64,000 nt of DNA from Phycisphaerales bacterium (lineage in GTDB: Bacteria > Planctomycetota > Phycisphaerae > WQYP01): contig DAIDJN010000056.1 of NCBI GenBank assembly GCA_027451365.1, forward strand, positions 1 to 64,000, written 5' to 3'. Numbering within the stretch: the first letter of the stretch is position 1; each line of letters opens with the position of its first letter. Below, in pieces: positions 39,414 through 49,466 of this stretch. The notes under the pieces were generated by a model. The model made no database searches, had not been told where the DNA came from, and saw nothing but the letters and a program-made list of their open reading frames with translations. The position numbers and the translations under genes are program-made.

Positions 39414-39683
39414 AATTCTGCCGCCGGGGGCTTTGGCTGGCAATCAAGCATTCCGAATGCATTTCAGCCGTTGCAGCCAAGTGTGTTCCCTTCTACGTAA
39501 TTCGAGATGGATTATACCCTTGTTCAAATTCGCGGTAAATTCCTGCCACGGCATAAGGCTCCGATTTTGCTCCGCCTGTTGCCATATTTCAATTTTGTCA
39601 AGACGCTTTCCGATCATCCGAACGTGCTTTATCTTAGAAATCTGCGGTCCTACAATTGCCGGGCCGGGGCAGCCACAACAGTT

Positions 39684-40232
39684 CTATTTCAGGTCTAAAT
39701 TTCCTCGTAACTTCCAATTACTAAGAAAAGTCATCATTCGCATAAATCCCGGGGGTGGATCTCCACGCAATCTGCCAAAGAAACGCCGCGCGTCCGCCCG
39801 CATGGTTTGCGGGTTGGAAAGCGACATATACCAGGCACCTGCAGCCTCTCTGAAACCCAAAGTCTCACTAAAACTTGCCCCATTTTTAAAAGTAAGTATA
39901 ACGTCGACGTTTACATAACGGAAAATTGAATGATCCGGCCAGTCACCGTTCAGATGGTTTAATGCACTTGAAATAAATTGGAGAATCTTCGGATTAGTAC
40001 ATTCCAGACGCCGTGGGCTTTTATTGATGCTCTCATCATAGTCGATTGCAACCAACGGCGATTTCAATTCTCCCCGGTACATTTCCCACCGCCAATGTTC
40101 GTGCAGTTCCGACCTCCCGACGACAATCATGAGAAATATGATAAGGGGTGCCAGAAGAATACAAGAGGCCGCCAGACACCCGCCACAGCCCTTCTTTTTT
40201 GATTTCCGAATCGTGTCGTCTTTTTTTTCCAT
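39684..40232 (-). CDS. putative immunity protein for RHS tip 1 (basic N-terminus, TM anchor)
   Basis: GAGGT RBS; KKGCGGCLAASCILLAPLIIFLMIVVG anchor; paralogous to 37754-38233. Confidence 0.75.
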   Translation of the reverse strand: MEKKDDTIRKSKKKGCGGCLAASCILLAPLIIFLMIVVGRSELHEHWRWEMYRGELKSPLVAIDYDESINKSPRRLECTNPKILQFISSALNHLNGDWPDHSIFRYVNVDVILTFKNGASFSETLGFREAAGAWYMSLSNPQTMRADARRFFGRLRGDPPPGFMRMMTFLSNWKLRGNLDLK

Positions 40233-40470
40233 ACCTCAACCTTCTTTTGCATCGGCAACAAATATTCCGGGCCATGGTAAAATTAGGCACATTCAGCAGG
40301 CTGAGGCGTTGTCCGAGAATGAATCGATTCCGGTCCCCTGATGGGAATACGCCGGGAACGATCCCTTGGTCTGGCACCTCCAGACCGCGCGATAGCGCCG
40401 AACCCCCGGCGGCGTCCGGGCGTTCCCGGCAGAAGAGTATAATAATCGGCGGACTGCATCGACGCGTCCT

Positions 40471-41469
40471 TTACATCACAACAAAATAGTAGTAACCCCA
40501 CGTCCGTGCAGTGCCCGAGAATGAATCCGTCCAAGTCTCCTGATGGCTAAAATCGGGATAACCGTAGGTGTGCTGAAGGATATAAGCCGCACGATACGCA
40601 GGGAATATCAGGCGGTAATCGAGACGTCCAGCCGGAAAGGAATAAAGATCGTAGGAATCCATTGACGCGCCCTTGACGCTCCAGGTGTATCGCTCAATTC
40701 GGAAAGCCTTGTCAAGGAAACTCCGACAGGCCTTTTTAACCACCAAGGTCGCCGATTTGTAGCCAATACTGTCTCCACCAAATGCAAGCGCCATGTTAGA
40801 ATAGCCATCCCAATAAAATTCTACTCGGAAAGCGTAACCGTGGGCCCCGGCGATTCGGGCGGGAAGGCGCCAGGTTCCAACACCTTTTTTTGCGGCCAAC
40901 GCTGAAAAATAGGCCTTGGCATCCTTGCGGTATTCCGGATCCTTTTTTATTTCAGGCGCGAACCTCTCGAAGGCCATTCCAGCATTACCACCGGGAAAAC
41001 GCTTGGTGACAAAGGCTTGAAGAAGGGCGGCCGCGAAATCAAATCCACTCGACTGCCAGGATTTTATCTCGGCCTGCAGAGTAGCAATATTCCCAGCGGC
41101 CGTACTGGCTTGGTTAGTCGGAATCAGGCCGGCCGGGTCCACCGAACCAACCGGATTATTCCAAGCAAAACCGTAAAGGTTCAAGCCACCCGTTGAACCA
41201 AACGGATCCTGGCTAACCCAAGCTCCAAGCGTTGGGCTGTAGTCGCGGTCGCGAGAATAATACAATCCCGTCACCGCATCCAGCGTCATGCCTTGATACA
41301 GATTGTTCACTATTGGCTGCGTGCCCGAGGGCGGCGTGCTGAAGTCGCTGTTAAGCACGATCATACTGCCATACGGCGAATACACAGAGCGTTGCGTAAC
41401 ACCCGAGGTGCCGGTGGTGCTGTTGAATCCAACAACCGCAGTCGTGTCCCAATTCGCATCCTGCAGGTA
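40471..41469 (-). pseudogene. orphan RHS core fragment plus C-terminal toxin tip 1
   Basis: YLQDANWDTTAVV...YSPYG...YQGMTLDAVTGLYY..DRDYSPTLGAWVSQDP...NNPVGSVDPAGL; the tip is homologous to tip 2. Confidence 0.88.
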
Positions 41470-41651
41470 ATCGGCTCGCAAGCCAGGAGTTGGAAGCTGG
41501 GAACCGGGAGTGAAAAACCGATTTTCGCCACGACCACATGAAGGCACAACGCCAGTGAAGGAGGCCTTTTGATGATTGAAATTCTCACAGGAGGTATTGG
41601 AGGAACTGGATTTATCGCGGTCACGACGGGCAAACAAGATGTCTGCGGTCC
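41470..41651. repeat. about 180-bp cassette-leader repeat, copy B
   Basis: Collinear with 39235-39413. Confidence 0.9.
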
Positions 41652-42634
41652 GGTGATCGGGAAATTTTCCAGCTTGCCAAGACTCATCGCGCCAGCGGCC
41701 GCAACTTCGCGGCTTGGTGCCGCGGTGGTGAAAAAATTGCTTATCCAGCGCGACCATAAAACCGCCTCGAGAAAGGCCGACCTTGCTTCGGTAGTTTGAA
41801 TCATACACTGGCATCCGCAACGTACCAAGCCAATGCACGTTCCTTGCCGTCCATTCATCCGATACCGCCTGCTCGCCGCCCATACGGAAGAAAAAAATTG
41901 AAGCACCGCGGCCCCGGTCGTTTAAGCGAAGCGGTTCGTTCAAGCATGCCGCAGGTCTAAGTTTCAGATGAATAGGGCAATTATCCCAGCGGCCATCTTG
42001 GCTTAGCCGCAGCGCGCGAAGAGCCATAATGGACTCACCACCGCTTCGGCCCCAGAATTGCTCGGTGACTTTTTACTTTTTTATTGCACAACTTAACTCG
42101 CGATTAGATTACACTGTATCCCATCGGCCATCCCTTGGCGCGGTAACGCGGATAATTCATTTGATCCCGGTGCTTTTGAAAATAGCCGCTGTTCTCCCCT
42201 AAAACCTGCCGTGGCTAACTCCTGAAAGGCAAATATACCCGGGCTGCCGGCCCGCAGGTCGCCCATCCAGGCGCCACAATTCATATTCTACCAATACTTC
42301 CGGCATTTCGTGTCACGCACCCCGGCGCTATGTAAAACTTCACGGCCCAGGACGCAGGGTAACGCAAAGGCCAAAATTCATGTGGTTTACAATTGGCACT
42401 CGTCACGACGCGGCGGGCAGATAAAACCGGCATGAACTGATTTCGCGGGCTTGCCTTCCATGACGACTATTATGAACAGGCGAAAAAAAGTCGCCTCTGG
42501 CCCAGGATCGCGCATCGGGTCAACGCGGCAGTCACACCGCGTAAAGAGTCACGCATCCGAGGCGCAAGTTAATTTCCACGGTGCTGGCGACGGCGACAGG
42601 GGCGGAAACCCGCCTGGCTCACTATAATTCCCGG

Positions 42635-43822
42635 ATGAGCAGTTTGATGGATAATCTTTCTCCGCCGGCTGGTGTTGCAACTGACAGTTCGTCGGGCCGC
42701 AAGCTGGCGGTCTTAACGTGGTCGCATTTTCTTAATGACGGGGCGGCCTTTTATTTGCCGGGGATACTGCCCGCGGTGCTCGTGGCGCTGCATCAGCCAC
42801 TGGCTATGGTCGGGGTGATAACAGCGGCGATGTATGTCGGGCAGGCGCTGCAGCCGGTGACGGGAATTCTGGCGGACCATGCGGGGGGACGGGCGTTTGT
42901 CATAGGTGGTCTGCTGGCTTGTTCACTGGCCGGGGCACTGGTCGGGCTGGCCCCAAATGTGTGGGTTCTGATCGGGCTTTTGCTTATTTCAGGACTTGGA
43001 TCCACAACGTTTCATCCCCAGGCCCTGGCGGCGGTACGCAGTGTAACGCAGCGGCGGCAGGCGATGGGCATGGCGACCTTTCTGGTAGGCGGCGAACTGG
43101 GCCGGGGCGCGTGGCCGCTGATAGCCAGCCTGATTGTGGTGCGATATAGCCTGCAGCATCTGTGGGTGATAGCGCTGCCGACGCTGGCATCACTGCCATT
43201 CATATTGTGGCTTACGCCGCGCCTTCCACCGCGGCACGCGGCTGCGGGGCGAATTCAGTGGCGGGCGCACCGCAAGCCATTTGCCGTGCTGGTGGGCTTT
43301 TCGGCGTTTCGCGGACTGGTGGTGTTTGGCACCATCGTGTTTATTCCAATCATGTGGAAATTGCGTGGCGGGGCGCTGGTATCGGGTGCGTCGATCATCA
43401 GCACCTTGTTGATCACTGGCGTACTTGGACAAATCGGGGGCGGCAGCATGGCGGACCGGTTTGGCCGGCGGCACGTGGTGCTGGGCAGTTCCATTCTGCT
43501 GATTATTCTGGTGCCGCTGATCGTATTGACGCACGGAATTCTTTTGTGGGCCATTGCCGCCCTTACCGGCATTGCGATGTTTTCCACATTTGCATCCACA
43601 CTGCTTGTGGGTCAGGATATTTTTCCGGAAAACCGTGGATTAGGCTCGGGTATCGCTCTGGGCTTTTCCAACGCGCTGGGGGCCGCGGGCCTGATTCCGC
43701 TTGGCGTCGTGGCGCGGCATTTTGGAATTGGCATGGTGTTTGCCATTCTGACGGCCGGTGCCATGGGAATGCTGATCATGGCCATTCTGTTTTCAGAAAA
43801 AGTGCATCCGGCCATGCGCTAG
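42635..43822 (+). CDS. MFS transporter (Fsr-like)
   Basis: About 12 TM helices; HFLND, QPVTGILADH, FHPQA and GGSMADRFGRR. Confidence 0.88.
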   Translation: MSSLMDNLSPPAGVATDSSSGRKLAVLTWSHFLNDGAAFYLPGILPAVLVALHQPLAMVGVITAAMYVGQALQPVTGILADHAGGRAFVIGGLLACSLAGALVGLAPNVWVLIGLLLISGLGSTTFHPQALAAVRSVTQRRQAMGMATFLVGGELGRGAWPLIASLIVVRYSLQHLWVIALPTLASLPFILWLTPRLPPRHAAAGRIQWRAHRKPFAVLVGFSAFRGLVVFGTIVFIPIMWKLRGGALVSGASIISTLLITGVLGQIGGGSMADRFGRRHVVLGSSILLIILVPLIVLTHGILLWAIAALTGIAMFSTFASTLLVGQDIFPENRGLGSGIALGFSNALGAAGLIPLGVVARHFGIGMVFAILTAGAMGMLIMAILFSEKVHPAMR

Positions 43823-43880
43823 ATCCGGTTCAACTGCGCCACGAACAGTTCCCAAGGCAACCCGCGCCCGGGCGTGACAA

Positions 43881-44618
43881 TTAAAATTCGCGGTGGATCG
43901 ATTGCTGAAAAGTTTTCCCGCGACTGTACGCCTCAAGTTCTCCGCCAAGCTGTTCGGCCAGTACGGCCTTGACGACGGTCATGGATGGCGGCGCATCAAT
44001 TTCGCTGGCCAGCGAAGTGACCGGCCGGCCGAGACCGCACGGATTTATCAGATCAAAAAACGTCAGATCCGTGGTCACATTCAGGGCGATGCCGTGCAGG
44101 GAAACCCAGCGGCGGAGTTTGATGCCTAAGGCACAGATTTTTGCCGTTTGACCGGCCGGAAGCCGACGGGAGTGAACCCAAACGCCGGTGGCGCCCTGCT
44201 GGCAGTGCGCGGAAATCGAAAGCCCCGCCAGGGTGCGGATCACGGCGCGTTCAAGTAGACGAATATAGTCATGAATACGCAAGTTATATTTATTCAGCGG
44301 AATAATCGGGTAGGCGACAAGCTGCCCCGGACCATGGAAGGTAATATCGCCGCCGCGATCGGTTGCAACCACATCTACCCCGCGGGTCGCGAGTTGTGCG
44401 GCATCCGCCAGTAAATGGGCCTCCGAACCCGGATGGCGACCAATGGTGATAACCGGTGGATGTTCCAGCAGGATCAGGGCACCGTCCGGATAGCGCCCGG
44501 CGAGCACGTCGTCATGAACGGCAAGCTGGTAGTCCCAAGCGGCACGGTATTCCATAACCCCGGCATCTAAAACCGAAAGGCCATGGTGGACAGCAGTTGC
44601 CGATTGACCTGCGTTCAT
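43881..44618 (-). CDS. lipB: lipoyl(octanoyl) transferase
   Basis: LEHPPVITIG, RGGDITFHGPGQLVAYP, KICALG, HGIALN and INPCG; start overlaps the lon stop (ATGA). Confidence 0.95.
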   Translation of the reverse strand: MNAGQSATAVHHGLSVLDAGVMEYRAAWDYQLAVHDDVLAGRYPDGALILLEHPPVITIGRHPGSEAHLLADAAQLATRGVDVVATDRGGDITFHGPGQLVAYPIIPLNKYNLRIHDYIRLLERAVIRTLAGLSISAHCQQGATGVWVHSRRLPAGQTAKICALGIKLRRWVSLHGIALNVTTDLTFFDLINPCGLGRPVTSLASEIDAPPSMTVVKAVLAEQLGGELEAYSRGKTFQQSIHREF

Positions 44619-47335
44619 TTTGCCGCCTTTGCGGCAATAAGACGGCGCGTGGGGGCGGTCAATGGCGCGGGCGAAACGGCCTTGGCCGGCCCCAGTGCGC
44701 ACTGAAGAACGTCATCCACCGAATCGGCAAAAACAAAACGCACCTTCTGGCCCACGTGGTTTTTCACATCATCCAGATTTTTTTCGTTGCGCCTGGGAAG
44801 CAGAATCGTTTTGATGCCGGCGTGCTGGGCGGCGATCACTTTTTCCTTTACGCCGCCGATGGGCAGCACCAGTCCGCGAAGAGTTATCTCGCCGGTCATG
44901 GCGACATCCGGCCGGACGGGCCGATCAAGAAAAAGTGAAGCCAGCGCGGTATACATGGCGACGCCGGCGGAGGGGCCATCTTTAGGGACCGCACCGGCGG
45001 GTACGTGCACATGCACATCCAGCGTGGCAAATGAAGCCGGGTCCAGTCCCAGGCCAACGGCATTGTTTTTAAGCAGTGAAAAAGCGGTCTGCGCGGATTC
45101 CCGCATGACCGCGCCGATCTGACCGGTCAGGCGCAGGCGGCCTTTTCCGGGCATCCGTGTGGCTTCCACAAATAAAATATCGCCGCCAGCGGGCGTGTAG
45201 GCCAGACCGGTGGCCACGCCGGGGACGGCGGTTCGCAGCGCCACTTCGCTTTCAAAGGCAGTAGGTCCCAGATAGGCAGCCAGATTTTCCGGACGCACCA
45301 CCACGCGCGGCACGCGGGCCAGTGCCCGGCGCATTTCTGCATCGCCATTGCCTGGCGTTGCCACCGGGGTTCTGGCGGCGGTGGAGGGTCTGGTCCCGGT
45401 TCCCGCCGCGGACGCCGCATTGCCGTTCGGGCCGCCTGGGTTTTCGGTATCCTTTTTATTTGGCGGCGAAGGCGCGGCCGCAGGCAGTTTACTGACAATT
45501 TGCGCCGCGACTCCGCGCACCACGGATCCGATGGCGCGCTCCAGTCCGCGAACACCCGCTTCGCGCGTGTAATGGTCGATCAGCGCGCCGATTGTGGAAG
45601 TGGGAAGATCGCAATTTTTACCCGTGATGCCATTTTCAGCCAATTGCCGCGGCAGCAGATATTTTCTGGCAATCAGGAGTTTATCCTGGCGGGTGTAACC
45701 CGGAATTTCAATTATTTCCATGCGGTCGCGCAGGGCGGGGGGCACCGATTCCATGTAATTGGCGGTACAGATGAAAATGATGCGGCTTAAATCAAACGGA
45801 ACACCCAGGTAATGGTCCTGAAAACTGTTGTTTTGTTCCGGGTCCAGCACTTCCAGCAGGGCCGAGGAGGGGTCGCCGCGGAAATCCGCGCCGAGCTTAT
45901 CTATTTCGTCCAGCATCATGACCGGGTTGTTGGAACCCGCTTTTCGCAAGTCCTGAATAATTCGGCCCGGCATGGCACCTACATAAGTCCGGCGATGGCC
46001 GCGAATATCGGCTTCATCGCGGACGCCGCCGAGGCTCATGCGGATAAATTTTCGTCCCAGAGATTGCGCGATGGACTTGCCCAAACTGGTCTTTCCCACG
46101 CCCGGCGGCCCCAGGAAGCAGAGAATCGGACCGCGTCCGCCGGGATTCAATTTGCGCACAGAAAGGAATTCGAGAATCCGTTTTTTAATTTTCTGCAAAT
46201 CGTGGTGGTCGCGGTCCAGAATGCGCCGGGCACGGGTGATGTCCAGGTCGTCGCTGGTGGAAGTATTCCATGGCAATTCGGCCACTGTTTCCAGAAATCC
46301 CCGGATAACGCCATATTCGGGCGACGCCTGCGGAATGGCCGCAAGGCGCGCCAGTTCACGGTCCGTTTCTTTTTTTACACCCTGCGGAATAGAAGCTTTT
46401 TCCAGGCGAGCTTTAAGGTCGGTGAGTTCCTGCGTCTGCCCTTCGTCCAGGCCAAGTTCCTTTTGAATGGCTTTAAGCTGTTCTTGAAGGAAATAATTCC
46501 GCTGGCTTTTATCAATGCTTGACCGCACCTGGGTCTGGATATTTTCTTCCAGTTCTAAAATTTCAATGCGCGTGGCCAGCTTTTCGCGCACCAGTTTCAG
46601 CCGCACGCCCACATCCAGTTCCTCAAGAATCGCCTGCTTTACCGCCGTGGATTCCTGAAGGTTGGAAGCCAGAAAGTCGGCCAGCGTGCCGGGTGAGTCA
46701 ATGTCGTTAAGTAATCCGGCGGCTTCATCCGGAATGTTCGGCGATAATTCGATCATGCGTTTGGCGGCCTGACGGACCGTCTGCACCAGCAGATCGAATT
46801 CCGGGCTGGGCGGCGGTGTGATTTCCGCCAGCGATTCAATTTTCGCCTTCAGATAAGGTTCTTCAGTGACGAATTCAATCACCTTAAACCGGACCAGGCC
46901 ATGCACCACAATGCTCTGCTGGCCCTCGCCCATGCGCAGCATTTTAAGCACAATGGCCATCGTGCCCACGCGGTGAAGATCGGATGGCGAAGGATTTTCG
47001 TCCGCGTCGTGAATTTGTGTCAGGACGCCGACAATTTTATCCGCCGGCATAATATCGTCCAGCAGGCGGCGGCTTTTGTCGCGTCCGATTGCAAGCGGAA
47101 TAACCGCACCGGGAAATGCGACGGCATCGCGCACCGGCAGAATAGCCAGCACATCCGGCACGCGAATTTGGTGCACCAGCGGTCCGGTGACCGATGCGGT
47201 CGTGCGCGACCGCCCGGTTGCGGTTGGATCTTTCGGGTCGACAGGGGCCTCGCCAACTGCTGCCGGGGCGGTTTTCTCCGGTTTGGCATTCGAAGCTTTA
47301 AGTGATTTGTCAGCGGGTTTCTTTATTTCTGGCAT
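44615..47335 (-). CDS. lon: ATP-dependent protease La
   Basis: Lon N-domain, GPPGVGKT, RGHRRTYVGA, LDEIDK, PKDGPSAG and IGGVKEK. Confidence 0.97.
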   Translation of the reverse strand: MPEIKKPADKSLKASNAKPEKTAPAAVGEAPVDPKDPTATGRSRTTASVTGPLVHQIRVPDVLAILPVRDAVAFPGAVIPLAIGRDKSRRLLDDIMPADKIVGVLTQIHDADENPSPSDLHRVGTMAIVLKMLRMGEGQQSIVVHGLVRFKVIEFVTEEPYLKAKIESLAEITPPPSPEFDLLVQTVRQAAKRMIELSPNIPDEAAGLLNDIDSPGTLADFLASNLQESTAVKQAILEELDVGVRLKLVREKLATRIEILELEENIQTQVRSSIDKSQRNYFLQEQLKAIQKELGLDEGQTQELTDLKARLEKASIPQGVKKETDRELARLAAIPQASPEYGVIRGFLETVAELPWNTSTSDDLDITRARRILDRDHHDLQKIKKRILEFLSVRKLNPGGRGPILCFLGPPGVGKTSLGKSIAQSLGRKFIRMSLGGVRDEADIRGHRRTYVGAMPGRIIQDLRKAGSNNPVMMLDEIDKLGADFRGDPSSALLEVLDPEQNNSFQDHYLGVPFDLSRIIFICTANYMESVPPALRDRMEIIEIPGYTRQDKLLIARKYLLPRQLAENGITGKNCDLPTSTIGALIDHYTREAGVRGLERAIGSVVRGVAAQIVSKLPAAAPSPPNKKDTENPGGPNGNAASAAGTGTRPSTAARTPVATPGNGDAEMRRALARVPRVVVRPENLAAYLGPTAFESEVALRTAVPGVATGLAYTPAGGDILFVEATRMPGKGRLRLTGQIGAVMRESAQTAFSLLKNNAVGLGLDPASFATLDVHVHVPAGAVPKDGPSAGVAMYTALASLFLDRPVRPDVAMTGEITLRGLVLPIGGVKEKVIAAQHAGIKTILLPRRNEKNLDDVKNHVGQKVRFVFADSVDDVLQCALGPAKAVSPAPLTAPTRRLIAAKAAK

Positions 47336-47405
47336 GTATCGTTTCCGTAACTCCGTTTAACAGTCTGGCTTAGCGGGTCATCGCCGGCTCCGCCGGCGGT
47401 GAAGG

Positions 47406-47825
47406 CTATTTGCGATGTTTCGGCAGGGTAATCCAAAGCAGACCGGCCTCATACATGGCGGAAATTCTCCGGTCATCCACGTTGGCCGGCAGTTCCACGG
47501 CGCGACTGAACACTCCATGATCAATTTCCAGCTGATGCACCGCAATGGCGGGCTCTTCGCCGGTGGGCATCGGGCATTCACGTTTGCCGCGAATGACGAT
47601 GCGGGCATTTTCCAGCCGCACATCCACATCCTTTTCGTGAATACCGGCCAAGTCCACGCAAATCAGAAACGCCTGCCGCGTTTCGTACAGGTTGACCGCC
47701 GGCCGCCAGGATTCGCGCCCCCAGGCGGCGAACATCTGGCGGGTCAGCACGGTATCGCCAGCTTCATGAACCAGACGGCTGGAAAGGCTCTCGTCCGATG
47801 CGGAAGCAAATTGAATAACAGGCAT
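47406..47825 (-). CDS. small heat-shock protein Hsp20
   Basis: WRPAVNLYET, VDLAG, IRGKR, EIDHGVFSR..ELP..VD and AMYEAGLL.ITLPK. Confidence 0.92.
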   Translation of the reverse strand: MPVIQFASASDESLSSRLVHEAGDTVLTRQMFAAWGRESWRPAVNLYETRQAFLICVDLAGIHEKDVDVRLENARIVIRGKRECPMPTGEEPAIAVHQLEIDHGVFSRAVELPANVDDRRISAMYEAGLLWITLPKHRK

Positions 47826-48149
47826 GGCGTCGCTCCGGCATGGGTATCAGGCTTCATCCCGCGGGCGGCATAACGCACGCGTTGAAGCAACCGGTATTTT
47901 ACGCCGTTTGCGTCGCGGGGGGAAATAAAATGCGAAAAAACGCTCCGGCTGGGAATTGGGGCATACCGCCCGACCGTCTTGCGGCTCTCCAGTCGGCGGG
48001 CAAATTTTGTAAATGCGGGATATACTTGAAGTTTCGGCGCGCTATCGGCGTGGCTGGTCGCCGCCGGGAAAAATTCGGGCGGCTAAGCGCTTTTCCGGCG
48101 AATGACGCGGCAAAGGCGGACTCGCCCGGTTCTGGAGACCCGCGACGTC

Positions 48150-49430
48150 ATGGATCATTTTAACTATCGCAACGGGGCACTGTATTGCGAGGATGTTCCG
48201 GTGGAACAGATTGTTTCCGCCGTGGGCAGTCCGGTGTACATCTACAGCCAGGCGACGCTTCTGACACATTATCAGCGGATCGCCCGGGCGTTTGCGCCGC
48301 TGAACCCACTGATCTGCTATTCGATCAAGTCGTGCGGGAATCTGGCCATATTGCGGACCTTGCGCGGCGCGGGAAGCGGGTTTGACGTGGTTTCCGGTGG
48401 AGAACTGTTTCGCGCGTTAAAGGCCGGCGCGACACCGGATAAAATTGTTTTCGCCGGGGTAGGCAAAACCGATGCGGAAATAACCGAAGCGCTGCAGGCG
48501 GGCATCGGCTGGTTTAATATTGAAAGCGAAGAGGAATTCTGGAATCTGGATCGGCTGGCCGGCCAGACCGGGAGCCACGCGCGGGGCGCGCTGCGGGTGA
48601 ATCCGGATGTGACCAGCCACGGAACCCACACCAAAACTCTGACCGGCAAAAAAGAAACGAAATTCGGTGTGGATATCGACCGGGCAATGGAATTTTATCT
48701 GACTGCGGCCAAAGCCACGCACGCAAAACTTAACGCACTTCACCTGCACATCGGCTCACCCATAAAATCCACCCAGCCGTATGTGGACGCAATTAAGAAG
48801 GCCCTGGCCCTTATCGACGAACTTGCGGCTCGCGCCGTGGTGATTGACACATTGGATATCGGCGGTGGATTCGCCGCTTTTTATGAAGGGGATGAAGCCC
48901 CCAGCGCCGCGGATTATGCCACCGCGATCATTCCCCTGCTGGCGGGCCGCAAGCTTAAGATTATTCTTGAGCCGGGGCGGTCTATTTCGTGCAATGCGGG
49001 CATTCTGGTCACGCGTGTGGTTTATACCAAAACCGGCGGAAACAAAACATTTGTCATTGTGGACGCGGCCATGAACGACCTGATTCGTCCCACCCTGTAC
49101 GAAAGTTATCATTTTATCTGGCCGGTCACGCCCGGTTCAGGGCTTGCTCCCGCCAGCCGCACCAGCGCAATGCGCACCGCTGACGATCGCAAGGTGGATG
49201 TGGTGGGTCCGGTTTGTGAAAGCGGCGATTACCTGGCCCGCGACCGATATCTGCCGCGGGTGACGCGGGGGAATCTGCTGGCGGTTTTTTCCGCCGGGGC
49301 GTATGGCTTCGCCATGAGCAGTCAGTACAACGCCCGTCCGCGGGCGGCGGAGGTTCTGGTGGATGGCGCAGTCTGGCGCATTATCCGGCAGCGCGAGACG
49401 TATGCGGACCTCGTGGCCGGGGAAGAATAA
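48150..49430 (+). CDS. lysA: diaminopimelate decarboxylase
   Basis: YSIK (PLP Lys), DVVSGGE, RVNPD, KFG, HIGS, GGGF, EPGR, GPVCESGD and GAYG..MSSQYNARP. Confidence 0.96.
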   Translation: MDHFNYRNGALYCEDVPVEQIVSAVGSPVYIYSQATLLTHYQRIARAFAPLNPLICYSIKSCGNLAILRTLRGAGSGFDVVSGGELFRALKAGATPDKIVFAGVGKTDAEITEALQAGIGWFNIESEEEFWNLDRLAGQTGSHARGALRVNPDVTSHGTHTKTLTGKKETKFGVDIDRAMEFYLTAAKATHAKLNALHLHIGSPIKSTQPYVDAIKKALALIDELAARAVVIDTLDIGGGFAAFYEGDEAPSAADYATAIIPLLAGRKLKIILEPGRSISCNAGILVTRVVYTKTGGNKTFVIVDAAMNDLIRPTLYESYHFIWPVTPGSGLAPASRTSAMRTADDRKVDVVGPVCESGDYLARDRYLPRVTRGNLLAVFSAGAYGFAMSSQYNARPRAAEVLVDGAVWRIIRQRETYADLVAGEE

Positions 49431-49466
49431 ATTCCGCACAGATGCGGCAAAGCCGGAGCCATCCAC

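Noticed and set aside
39235..39480. N-terminal extensions of the RHS ORFs in the ORF track (also 41470-42027)
   Set aside because: They are read-through of non-coding repeat DNA; RHS similarity starts only at YLQDANW.
38848..39918. 356-aa plus-strand ORF and other long antisense ORFs (22768-23856, 30579-31643, 57600-58580)
   Set aside because: Shadow frames of well-supported genes in GC-rich DNA.
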